Assembly (NCBI GenBank): GCA_963749705.1
Contig: CAVVNQ010000015.1
Span: 160,001-224,000, forward strand
Direction: 5' to 3'
From: an uncultured Chloroflexia bacterium
GTDB lineage: Bacteria; Chloroflexota; Limnocylindria; Limnocylindrales; CSP1-4
Length of the DNA stretch: 64,000 nt
The notes beneath the pieces are model-generated. The model searched no databases and was not told where the DNA came from. It saw nothing but the letters and a program-made list of their open reading frames with translations. How positions within the stretch are numbered: position 1 is the first letter of the stretch; each line of letters opens with the position of its first letter. Below are positions 1 through 9,011 of this stretch, in pieces. Made by a program: the position numbers and the translations under genes.

Positions 1-1
1 C

Positions 2-598
2 CTCGGCCGGATGGCGGTCCACAACGCGCTCGCGGCAGCCGCGGTCGGCCTCGCCGCCGGGATGACGCCCGACCAGATCCTGCCCGGGCTCGCCCAGCCG
101 GGCGGCGCGCCGCATCGCACCTCGGTGATCCGTGTCGGCGACGTGGTGGTCATCGATGATGCCTACAACGCCTCGCCGGGATCGGTGACGGCCGCGCTCG
201 ACCTGCTGGCGGGGCTGCCGGGTCGCCGGGTCGCCATCCTGGGCCAGATGCTCGAGCTGGGCGCGGCATCCGCCGCCGGCCATCGCGCGGTGGGCGCCGC
301 CGCCGCGGCCGCCGTCGACCTGCTGATCGTCGCCGCCGGGCAGGCCGGTGGCGGGGCGGCCGCCATCGTCGACGGCGCCCTCGAGGCGGGCATGCCGGCG
401 GACCGCGTCGTCGCCGCCGCGGATCGCGACCAGGCGACCACCGAGGCGACGTCCCGCGTCAGGGCCGGTGACGTCGTCCTGGTCAAGGCCTCCCGGGGCC
501 TGGGGCTCCAGGAACGGGAGCGCAGCCGGCTCGGCGTCGGCCTGGAGGTGCTGATCGAGGCCCTGGTGGCCCCGCCGGACGCGGATCGCGCGCGATGA
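2..598 (+). CDS. murF: UDP-MurNAc-tripeptide--D-Ala-D-Ala ligase, C-terminal part (5' end outside window)
   Basis: IDDAYNASP, LGQMLELG and VLVKASRG motifs; frame open to the window edge; directly precedes mraY. Confidence 0.93.
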   Translation, partial: LGRMAVHNALAAAAVGLAAGMTPDQILPGLAQPGGAPHRTSVIRVGDVVVIDDAYNASPGSVTAALDLLAGLPGRRVAILGQMLELGAASAAGHRAVGAAAAAAVDLLIVAAGQAGGGAAAIVDGALEAGMPADRVVAAADRDQATTEATSRVRAGDVVLVKASRGLGLQERERSRLGVGLEVLIEALVAPPDADRAR

Positions 599-1575
599 CG
601 CTGGAGCTGATCCAGGGCCTGCTCCTGGCGTTCGCGCTGGTCGTGATCCTGATGCCGCCGTACATCCGGCTGCTCCGCCACGTCGGGTTCGCCAAGCAGA
701 TCCGCGAGGAGGGCCCCCAGAGCCACATGGTGAAGTGGGGGACGCCGACCATGGGCGGCCTGCTCATCATCGCGGTGGTCGTCGTGATCTTCGTCGTGCT
801 CCGCTGGCCGGTCGAAGGTGGGGTCATCGCACCACTTGCGACGCTCGGGTTCGTGGGCGTGCTGGGCGCGGTCGATGACTACCTGAACGCGCGGACCGGG
901 GACGGCATCCGCGCTCGCCAGAAGCTCATCTGGCAGACGGTCGTGGCCGTCGCGGCCGCCTGGCAGATCCACGACACGTACGCGCTGTCCGGGTTCCGGG
1001 TGCCGTTCGTGGGCGACGTGACCATCGACCCCACGCTGTACGTCGTGTTCGCGGCGTTTGCGATCGTGGCGGCATCGAACGGCGTCAACATCACGGACGG
1101 GCTCGACGGGCTGGCCGGGGGCACGCTCGTGTTCGCGTTCGCCTCGTTCCTGATCATCGCCCTGCTCAACGAGCCGGTCCAGCCCAACATCGCGTTCCTG
1201 TGCGCGCTGATCATCGGCGCGCTGCTCGGGTTCCTGTGGTTCAACGTCCACCCGGCCCAGGTGTTCATGGGGGACTCGGGGTCGCTTGCGCTGGGGGCGA
1301 CCCTGGCGGTCATCGCCCTGATCACCGGCCAGATCCTGGTGCTGCCGCTGATCGGGCTGATCTTCGTGCTCGAGACGGCGTCGGACATCATCCAGATCGG
1401 CTTCTTCAAGCTGTCGGGTGGCCGGCGCGTGTTCCGGATGGCGCCCCTCCACCACCATTTCGAGCTGGGCGGCTGGGACGAGGAGAAGATCACGCTCCGG
1501 TTCTGGATCATCGGAATCCTGGCCGGCCTGCTCGGCGTCACCCTGTTCCTGGCCTCGATCAATGGGCTCAGCTGA
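595..1575 (+). CDS. mraY: phospho-N-acetylmuramoyl-pentapeptide transferase
   Basis: GTPTMGG, DDY, NITDGLDGL, FMGDSGS and MAPLHHHFE motifs; multiple TM segments. Confidence 0.97.
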   Translation: MTLELIQGLLLAFALVVILMPPYIRLLRHVGFAKQIREEGPQSHMVKWGTPTMGGLLIIAVVVVIFVVLRWPVEGGVIAPLATLGFVGVLGAVDDYLNARTGDGIRARQKLIWQTVVAVAAAWQIHDTYALSGFRVPFVGDVTIDPTLYVVFAAFAIVAASNGVNITDGLDGLAGGTLVFAFASFLIIALLNEPVQPNIAFLCALIIGALLGFLWFNVHPAQVFMGDSGSLALGATLAVIALITGQILVLPLIGLIFVLETASDIIQIGFFKLSGGRRVFRMAPLHHHFELGGWDEEKITLRFWIIGILAGLLGVTLFLASINGLS

Positions 1576-1576
1576 G

Positions 1577-3139
1577 ATGACCGCGGCACGGCCGCTCGAC
1601 CTCGACGCCCTCACCCTTGACGGCGTGCGCGCGGGGGCGCTCGACGGTCGTCCGGTGACCGTGCTCGGGCTGGCCCGCAGCGGGATCGCCCTGGCCCGGT
1701 TCCTGGTCGACGCCGGCGCTCGGGTGAGCGTCTACGACGCACGGCCCGCCGCGGACCTGGCCGCCGCGATCGAGCAGCTGGGCGACCGGCCGATCACGCT
1801 CCGGCTTGGGCCGGACGTGGACCCAGCGACCACCTGGGCCGACGCTGCGCTGGTCGCGACATCGCCCTCGATCACGCCCGACTTCCCGACCACGGAGCCG
1901 CGACTGCGGGCCCAGCTGCGCGCGCTGGTGGCCGCTCGCGCCGCCGGCGATCCCAACGCTCCTGCCCTGGTGAGCGAGGCGGACCTGTTCCTCCGGCTGT
2001 GTCCCGCGCCGACCATCGGCATCACGGGGACCAAGGGCAAGACCACCACGGCGTCGCTCGCGCACGCGATCCTCGCGGCCGACCCGCTGCACCCCGCGGT
2101 CCTGGGCGGGAACATCGGCGTCCCGCTCGTCGAACGCCTGCCGGAGCTGACCGCGGACCATCGCGTGGTCGTGGAGCTGTCCGAGCTCCAGCTGCCCACG
2201 CTGTCGCGCGGGACGACGATCGCGGTGTACACCAACGTGACCTCGGACCACCTCGACCGCCACGGCTCGCTGGAGGCGTATCGACGGGTGAAGCGCCGGC
2301 TGGCCGAGCTGGTCGACCCGGACGGTGCGCTCGTCCTGAACCTGGGCGATCCGGTCGTGGGCGGATACGCAGGGCTGGGGACCGCGCCCGCGGTCCTGTA
2401 CCGCGACGACCGGCCCGTGCCCGGTGGCCTGGGCGTCGTGGACGACTGGATCGTGGCGGCGTCGGTCGAGCGGCTGCCGCTCGCGGGAGGCGGCGTGGCC
2501 GCGACCGGACCCGGCGGCGGGATCATGCCGGTGGACGAGCTCGCCATCCCCGGACGCCACAACGTGTCCAACGCCCTGGCCGCGATCGCGGTCGGGCTCC
2601 TGTTCGGGGTCGCGCCCGATGCCGTCCGCCGCGCGGCCGCGGGCTTCACCGGCGTCGAGCACCGGCTCCAGCCGGTCGCGCTCATCGGGGCCGTTCGCTT
2701 CGTCAACAATTCGCAGGGCACCCAGCCCGACGCGGTGATCGCGGCGCTGCGGGCGTTCCCGCCACCGGTCGTCCTGATCGCGGGCGGCCGCGACAAGGGG
2801 GTCGACCTGCACGATCTCGCCCCGGTGGTGGCCGAGCGCGCCGTCGCCGCCGTCCTGATCGGCGAGAGCGGGGATGCGCTCGAGGGGCTGTTCCGCGGCG
2901 CGGGCCTGGCTCGGACCGCACGCGCGGGGTCGATGGACGAGGCGGTCGCCGCGGCCCATGGCTTCGCACTCGAGGCGCTCCGCGGAACGCGCGAGGGGAC
3001 CGTTGCCACGGTCGTCCTCAGCCCCGCGGCGGCATCGTTCGACATGTTCGACGACTACGCGGCCCGTGGCCGCGCGTTCGTCGCGGCCGTCTCGCGCCTC
3101 GCGCACGGCGACCATCCCGACAGCGGGAGATCCGGATGA
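1577..3139 (+). CDS. murD: UDP-MurNAc-L-Ala--D-Glu ligase
   Basis: GLARSG, ITGTKGKTTT, GGNIG, ELS, DHLDRH, EHRL and SPAAASFDMF motifs; ATG 1 nt after the mraY stop. Confidence 0.96.
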   Translation: MTAARPLDLDALTLDGVRAGALDGRPVTVLGLARSGIALARFLVDAGARVSVYDARPAADLAAAIEQLGDRPITLRLGPDVDPATTWADAALVATSPSITPDFPTTEPRLRAQLRALVAARAAGDPNAPALVSEADLFLRLCPAPTIGITGTKGKTTTASLAHAILAADPLHPAVLGGNIGVPLVERLPELTADHRVVVELSELQLPTLSRGTTIAVYTNVTSDHLDRHGSLEAYRRVKRRLAELVDPDGALVLNLGDPVVGGYAGLGTAPAVLYRDDRPVPGGLGVVDDWIVAASVERLPLAGGGVAATGPGGGIMPVDELAIPGRHNVSNALAAIAVGLLFGVAPDAVRRAAAGFTGVEHRLQPVALIGAVRFVNNSQGTQPDAVIAALRAFPPPVVLIAGGRDKGVDLHDLAPVVAERAVAAVLIGESGDALEGLFRGAGLARTARAGSMDEAVAAAHGFALEALRGTREGTVATVVLSPAAASFDMFDDYAARGRAFVAAVSRLAHGDHPDSGRSG

Positions 3140-4410
3140 GCACCACGCTGCCCCTGCCCCTGTCCCGAACCGCGACCCGGGTCCGGTCGCCGGGCGTCCT
3201 CCAGCGCGAGCGGCACGAGCCGGAGTACGGGATCCTGGTCGCCATCGTCGCGCTGGCCGCGATCGGGATCCTGATGGTCTACTCGTCGTCCGCCATGAAG
3301 AACTACCTCGTGCACGACGATACGTTCAGGATCGTGGGACCCCAGATCCAGTGGGCGGCCCTGGGCATGATCGCGATGCTGGTCATGATGCGGGTCGACT
3401 ATCGCTGGCTGCGGGTGGTCTCGATCCCGATGTTCATCGCCGCGATCGTCGCCCTGCTGCTGGTGTTCGTCCCGGCGCTCAATGTCGTGGTCGGCGGGTC
3501 CGCGCGCTGGCTGAGGATCGGGCCCCTGCCCGCGGTCCACCCGGCCGAGTTCATGAAGCTCGCGCTGGTGGTCTACCTGGCCCACCTGTTCGCCACGCGG
3601 GGCGGGGAGGTGCACAGCCTGTGGAAGGGCACGGTGCCGTTCCTGGTGATCACGGGGCCCGTCGTCGCGCTGGTGCTGCTCGAGCCTGACCTCGGCACCT
3701 CCACCGTCCTCGGCCTGACCGCGTTCACGATGTTCTTCCTCGCCGGCGCGAGCTTCGTCCACCTGATCGCGCTGGGCGGGGCCGCCGTTCCCCTGGTCAC
3801 CCTCATGTTCCTCAAGGGCTACCAGATGGAACGCATCAACGCGTGGCTCAACCCGTGGGCCGACGCCGCCGGCAATGGGTTTCACAGCGTCCAGGGCTAC
3901 TTCGCGCTGGCCCTCGGCGGCATCCTGGGCGCCGGGCTGGGCGAGAGCCGGCTGGCGGGCGGCCTGTTCCTCCCCAATGCGTCCAACGACTTCATCTTCG
4001 CGATCATCGGCGAGGAGTTCGGGCTGCTCGGAGCGGGCCTCGTGATCGTGCTGTTCCTCGCCTTCGGCTACCTGGGAATCCGCACGTCGCTCGGGGCGCC
4101 CGACACCTTCGGTGCCCTGCTCGCGGCCGGGATCACCACCTGGATCTGCCTCCAGGCGTTCATCAACATGGCGGTCGTGGTCGGGCTGGTCCCGGTCACC
4201 GGAATCCCGCTGCCGTTCGTGTCCGCGGGAGGCTCATCGCTCATCATCAGCTTTGCGGCGGTGGGCATCCTGCTCTCGGTGTCGCGGGAAACGGTCGAGA
4301 AAGGAACCTGGAACGATGCGCCTGCTGATCGCGGGCGGCGGCACGGGCGGGCACATCTACCCGGCTCTCGCCGTCGTCCGGTCGCTCCGCGCACGACCCG
4401 ACGCGCCTGA
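3136..4410 (+). CDS. ftsW: SEDS peptidoglycan polymerase FtsW
   Basis: GSARW, PAEFMK, EPDLG, DFIFAIIGEEFG and PVTGIPLPFVSAGGSS motifs; ATGA overlap with murD. Confidence 0.95.
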   Translation: MSTTLPLPLSRTATRVRSPGVLQRERHEPEYGILVAIVALAAIGILMVYSSSAMKNYLVHDDTFRIVGPQIQWAALGMIAMLVMMRVDYRWLRVVSIPMFIAAIVALLLVFVPALNVVVGGSARWLRIGPLPAVHPAEFMKLALVVYLAHLFATRGGEVHSLWKGTVPFLVITGPVVALVLLEPDLGTSTVLGLTAFTMFFLAGASFVHLIALGGAAVPLVTLMFLKGYQMERINAWLNPWADAAGNGFHSVQGYFALALGGILGAGLGESRLAGGLFLPNASNDFIFAIIGEEFGLLGAGLVIVLFLAFGYLGIRTSLGAPDTFGALLAAGITTWICLQAFINMAVVVGLVPVTGIPLPFVSAGGSSLIISFAAVGILLSVSRETVEKGTWNDAPADRGRRHGRAHLPGSRRRPVAPRTTRRA

Positions 4411-5464
4411 GGTCGAGTGGCTGGGGGGCCACCGCGGGCTCGAGGCGTCGCTCGTCCCGGCGTCGGGGCTCCCGCTGCGCCGGCTGCTGCTTCGCTCGCT
4501 GCGGTCCGCGGGACGTGACGTCCACCTGGTCCTGGATCCGGTTCGCCTCGGCCTGTCCATTCCGCAGGCGCTCGCGCTGCTCATCGCGCGCCGCCCCGCG
4601 GCCGTGTTCACGACCGGGGGGTACGTGGCGATCCCGACGCTGCTGGCCGCGAGCCTGCTGCGGATCCCCAGCGTCCTGTGGGACGGCAACGTGATCCCGG
4701 GGCGCAGCGTACGGTTCGTGGCGCGGTTCGCGACGGTCGTGACCGTGAGCCACGCGGAGACCGCGGATGGGCTCGCGCACCCCCGGTCGTTCGTGACCGG
4801 GACGCCGATCCGGCCGACGGCCGGTGTGGACATCGACGACGCGCGTGGCCGCTTCGGCGCCCGACCCGGCGAGCGGATCCTGCTCGTGTTCGGCGGCTCG
4901 CAGGCGGTCCGCCGGCTCAACGACGCGGTGCTCGAGGGCCTCCCGCGGCTGGTGACCGCCGTCCGCGTCGTCCACGTGACCGGCGATGCGGGCTACGGTG
5001 CCGCGGTTGCCGCGCGCGACCGGCTGCCCGAGGACGCGCGTGACCGGTACCGCCCCTTCCCGTTCCTGTCCGAGGACATGACCGCGGCGCTCGCGGCCGC
5101 CGACCTCGCGGTCGTTCGAGCGGGTGCCTCGACGCTCGCCGAGGCGGCGGCCTTCGCACTCCCGCTGGTCATCGTCCCGTACCCGCACGCGTCGGGCCAC
5201 CAGCGCCTCAACGCGGAGGCGTATGCGAGGTCCGGGGCGGCGATCCTGGTCGAGGACGAGGCCCTGGATGCGGACCGCCTGGTCGAGGCGGCCGGCCTGC
5301 TTGCCGATCCCGCCCGGCACGCGGCGATGTCGGCCGCGGCCCGTGAGCTCGCTCGACCCGCTGCGGCCGAGGCCGTGGCCGATCTCGTGCTCGCCGTCGC
5401 ATCGGGCGATCCGCTGCCCGGCGGCGCCGAGATCGAGGCGATCGCTCGCGGGGCCCGCCCGTGA
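4316..5464 (+). CDS. murG: lipid II synthase (GlcNAc transferase)
   Basis: GGGTGGHIYPA, GGYVA, GGSQ, RAGASTLAE and HQRLNA motifs. Confidence 0.96.
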   Translation: MRLLIAGGGTGGHIYPALAVVRSLRARPDAPEVEWLGGHRGLEASLVPASGLPLRRLLLRSLRSAGRDVHLVLDPVRLGLSIPQALALLIARRPAAVFTTGGYVAIPTLLAASLLRIPSVLWDGNVIPGRSVRFVARFATVVTVSHAETADGLAHPRSFVTGTPIRPTAGVDIDDARGRFGARPGERILLVFGGSQAVRRLNDAVLEGLPRLVTAVRVVHVTGDAGYGAAVAARDRLPEDARDRYRPFPFLSEDMTAALAAADLAVVRAGASTLAEAAAFALPLVIVPYPHASGHQRLNAEAYARSGAAILVEDEALDADRLVEAAGLLADPARHAAMSAAARELARPAAAEAVADLVLAVASGDPLPGGAEIEAIARGARP

Positions 5465-6474
5465 CCGCGGGGTTCGATGCGTTTGCCCTCGGCACGGAGA
5501 TCCAGCGCCGGATCGGCGTCAAGACGGTGCGCGACGAACCGCTCGCGCGGTTCACCACGATGCGGGTCGGCGGACCGGCCGACCTGTTCGCCGTCGCCCA
5601 CAACCTGTTCGAGCTGCGGGCGCTGGTCAAGTTCTCGCGTGCGCGCGCGATCCCCTTATTCATCCTCGGCCGGGGCAGCAACCTGGTGATCGCCGACGCC
5701 GGGATCCGCGGCCTGGTCGTCCAGGCGCGCGCGGAGGCGGCCCGGGTGGACGGCGACCGCTACCTCGCCGACGCGGGCGTCCCGATGGCCCGGGCCGCCA
5801 CCGAGACCCAGCGAGCGGGGCTCGCCGGGCTCGAGTACGGGCTGGCGATCCCGGGCACGGTCGGGGGCGCGGTGTGGGCCAATGCGGGCGCGCACGAGAG
5901 CGACACGGCCCACGTGCTCGAGTCGGCCACCGTGCTGCTGGCCGACGGCAGCGAGGTCGTCCTGCCCGCAGCCGAGCTCGGATTCTCCTATCGCCACAGC
6001 CGGTTCAAGGCGCAGGCGACGGACACCCCGGGTTCGTCCGGCGCCTCCCCCGTTCCCGACGCGGCCGGGATGACCGGAGGTCCCGCCGAGATCGTGATGT
6101 CGGCAACCTTCCACCTCGAGGCAGCGGACGCCGACGCGATCCGTGCCCGCCTGGACGAGATCCGTCGATGGCGCCGGGATCACCAGCCGCTGGGCATCCC
6201 GTCGGCGGGCAGCGTGTTCCGCAACCCGCCGGGCAATTCCGCGGGACGGCTCGTGGATGCCCTGGGCCTCAAGGGATATCGGGTCGGCGGTGCCTCGGTC
6301 TCCGAGAAGCACGCCAACTTCATCGTCAACGACCGGAAGGGCACGGCCGCCGATGTTCGCCGCGTCGCCGAGCATGTGCGCGCCCAGGTTCGCGCCCGCC
6401 ACGGGCTCGAGCTCGCGTACGAGGTCGAGTTCGTCGGCGACTGGTCGGGCTGGACGGGGGAGGATCGCGGCTGA
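5461..6474 (+). CDS. murB: UDP-N-acetylenolpyruvoylglucosamine reductase
   Basis: RVGGPAD, GRGSNL, IPGTVGGA..NAGA, FSYRHS, SAGSVFRNP and SEKHANF motifs. Confidence 0.96.
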   Translation: MTAGFDAFALGTEIQRRIGVKTVRDEPLARFTTMRVGGPADLFAVAHNLFELRALVKFSRARAIPLFILGRGSNLVIADAGIRGLVVQARAEAARVDGDRYLADAGVPMARAATETQRAGLAGLEYGLAIPGTVGGAVWANAGAHESDTAHVLESATVLLADGSEVVLPAAELGFSYRHSRFKAQATDTPGSSGASPVPDAAGMTGGPAEIVMSATFHLEAADADAIRARLDEIRRWRRDHQPLGIPSAGSVFRNPPGNSAGRLVDALGLKGYRVGGASVSEKHANFIVNDRKGTAADVRRVAEHVRAQVRARHGLELAYEVEFVGDWSGWTGEDRG

Positions 6475-7613
6475 TGAGCGCACCCCCGATCGGCCATGAT
6501 CCCGGCGCGACGGCGATCGCCGTCGTGTTCGGCGGACCGTCCGCGGAGCACGACGTGTCGATCGTGTCGGGGACGGCGATCGGCGATTCGCTGCGCGCCG
6601 CCGGCTACCCCCTCGACCAGTGGCTGATCGCCCTGGACGGGGGCTGGTGGCACCTGCCAGGGGACCATCGCCGCGAGGATCGGCCACCGGCCGCGTACGA
6701 CGACCCGGCCGCCATGGGGGCGACGGGACCCATCGCCGCGGGCGAGGCGCTTGACGGTCTGGCCGCGCGACTGCCGTCGCCGATCGTGTTCCTCGCGCTC
6801 CACGGCCCGTTCGGCGAGGACGGCACCGTGCAGGCCATGTGCGAGGCGGCGGGGCTCGCGTACACGGGCGCCGGCGTCGCGGCGTCCGCGATCGGCATGG
6901 ACAAGGCGCTGTTCAAGCGGCTGGTGCGGGGCATCGGGCTGCCGGTGGTCGATTGGCGCGAGATCCGGTCCACCCGCTGGACGCGCGATCCGGGATCGGT
7001 CCTCGCCGAGCTCGAGGCGTTCGCCGCGGGGACCGGCGACCCGAGGCTGATGATCAAGCCGGCCTCGCTCGGCAGCTCGGTCGGGATGACCCTGGCCCAC
7101 GGACCCGAGGAGCGTGCCGCGGCGCTGGAGCTCGCGTTCCGGTTCGACGAGGTCGCGCTGGCCGAGCGCTACCTGGTGGGCGCGCGCGACCTCGAGGTAT
7201 CGGTCCTGGGCAACGATCCCGACCGCATCGAGATCTACGGCCCGGGCGAGATCATGGCCGGCCACGAGTTCTACGACTACGCCTCGAAGTACACGCCGGG
7301 GCTGTCTCAGACCACGCGCGCCGAGGTCACGCCGATGCAGCGCGCGACGCTGCTCAAGCTGGCCCGGGACACCTATCGGGCCGTCGGCTGCCAGGGCTTT
7401 GCGCGGATCGACTTCCTGCTGGCCGGCGAGGAGCTCGTGGTGTCCGAGATCAACACGATCCCCGGGTTCACGCCGATCAGCCTGTTCCCGACGCTCCCGT
7501 CCGAGGCCGGCTACGACTTCGGCGCCGTGTGCGGCCGGATCGTCGACCTCGCGATCGAGCGCCATGCGGGCCGCGTCCGGCACCGGCTGGAAGCGGTCGA
7601 CCTGCCGCGATGA
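6474..7613 (+). CDS. ddl: D-alanine--D-alanine ligase
   Basis: GGPSAEHDVS, LHGPFGEDG, MDKALFK, GSSVG, FYDYASKY and EINTIPGFT motifs. Confidence 0.96.
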   Translation: MSAPPIGHDPGATAIAVVFGGPSAEHDVSIVSGTAIGDSLRAAGYPLDQWLIALDGGWWHLPGDHRREDRPPAAYDDPAAMGATGPIAAGEALDGLAARLPSPIVFLALHGPFGEDGTVQAMCEAAGLAYTGAGVAASAIGMDKALFKRLVRGIGLPVVDWREIRSTRWTRDPGSVLAELEAFAAGTGDPRLMIKPASLGSSVGMTLAHGPEERAAALELAFRFDEVALAERYLVGARDLEVSVLGNDPDRIEIYGPGEIMAGHEFYDYASKYTPGLSQTTRAEVTPMQRATLLKLARDTYRAVGCQGFARIDFLLAGEELVVSEINTIPGFTPISLFPTLPSEAGYDFGAVCGRIVDLAIERHAGRVRHRLEAVDLPR

Positions 7614-8536
7614 CCGGGCCGCGCCGATCCGGTGGACGAGGATCGCCGATGGGCCGGCAGGTGCGGCGGCCGTCGGCGCTGCGACCCGGCGCCCACCCCG
7701 GAGGCCGGCCGCGGCAGACCCGCCGGGTGCGCAGGTCCTCCGCGGGCCTGACACCGACGCGGGCCGGCGCGCTGCTGGTGATGCTCGCGGCGATGGCCGG
7801 CATCTTCGGCGCCGCGACGTCGGATGCGTTCGCGATCAGCCGCACCGAGCTCAGTGGTGCGACGTGGACCCCGGCGGGCGAGCTGGAGGCGGCCCTCGCG
7901 ATCCCTCCCGGCCAGAACCTGTTCGCCGTCAGCACCAGCGAGCTGGCGCGGCGGGTCGAGGCCATTCCAGCGGTCCGGACCGCCCGGGTCGAGGTCGCGC
8001 TGCCCGACACGCTCCGGGTCACGGTCAGCGAACGCGTCGCGCTGCTGGTCTGGAAGGCGGGCCCCCGCGAGCTCCTCGTTGACGGCACCGGGTTCCTGTT
8101 CGGCGAGCTGCCCGACGCCGGCCCGTCCGACGCCGGCCCGTCCGGCGCCCGGCTGCCGGTGGTCGACGACCAACGCCTCGGGTCGGCCCACCTGGACGTG
8201 GGCGACACGCTCGATGCCGTGTCGCTCGACGCCGCCCTCCGGATCGGCTCGCTGACCCCGGCCGACGTCGGCAGCTCGGCATCGCGCCTGGCCATCCGGG
8301 TCGACGACACGGACGGGTTCACGGTCACCGCCGAGCCAGTCGGCTGGACCGCGGTGTTCGGGTTCTACACGCCGACCCTGCGGACGACCGACCTCATCCC
8401 GGGCCAGGTGCGGCTGCTCCGGAGCCTCCTCCTGGGTCGCGAGGACACGGTCCTGCGGATCGTCCTCGCCGACGACCACAGCGGGACGTACGTCCCGCGC
8501 CCGACGCCCTCCCCGTCGTCGACGGCCAGGCCGTGA
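7610..8536 (+). CDS. ftsQ: cell division protein FtsQ/DivIB
   Basis: Basic N-terminal tail, one TM segment, POTRA-like domain (NLF...V.LPDTLRVTVSER); position after ddl. Confidence 0.85.
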   Translation: MTGPRRSGGRGSPMGRQVRRPSALRPGAHPGGRPRQTRRVRRSSAGLTPTRAGALLVMLAAMAGIFGAATSDAFAISRTELSGATWTPAGELEAALAIPPGQNLFAVSTSELARRVEAIPAVRTARVEVALPDTLRVTVSERVALLVWKAGPRELLVDGTGFLFGELPDAGPSDAGPSGARLPVVDDQRLGSAHLDVGDTLDAVSLDAALRIGSLTPADVGSSASRLAIRVDDTDGFTVTAEPVGWTAVFGFYTPTLRTTDLIPGQVRLLRSLLLGREDTVLRIVLADDHSGTYVPRPTPSPSSTARP

Positions 8537-8630
8537 GCGGCTGGAACCGCGCCGCACCGGCGACGCGTCCGATCGGGCGGGGGTCTGGTAGCGTTACGGG
8601 AACGTACTTCCGGCCGGAGGCTGCCCGCTC

Positions 8631-8954
8631 GTGCTCCTGCCCCTCGTGGGTCTCCTCGTCGGCGTGCTGGCGGGGCTCATCCTCAATGTCAACGTCAGCT
8701 TCGAGTTCTCGCGGTACTCCGCCGTCGCGATCCTCGCCGCGCTCGATTCCGTGCTCGGCGCGGTGCGCGCGGAGCTCGACGGTGTCTACGACAATCGGAT
8801 CTTCATCAGCGGCTTCGTCACCAACGCGATCGTGGCCGTGCTGCTCACCTTCATCGGGGACCGGTTGAGCCTCGATCTCTACCTCGTCGCGCTCATCAAC
8901 TTCGGGTTCCGGATCTTCAACAACGTTGCGCTCATCCGGCGACACTTCATCTAG
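8631..8954 (+). CDS. sbp: small basic protein Sbp / DUF1290 membrane protein
   Basis: YSAVAILAALDSVLGAVRA, FISGFVTN and FGFRIFNN match the DUF1290 pattern; usual position before ftsA. Confidence 0.88.
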   Translation: MLLPLVGLLVGVLAGLILNVNVSFEFSRYSAVAILAALDSVLGAVRAELDGVYDNRIFISGFVTNAIVAVLLTFIGDRLSLDLYLVALINFGFRIFNNVALIRRHFI

Positions 8955-9011
8955 CGACATGCCGAGGCTCGCAGACCGCGAGCCGTCACGACAGCGAGGG
9001 ACGACAGGCAG

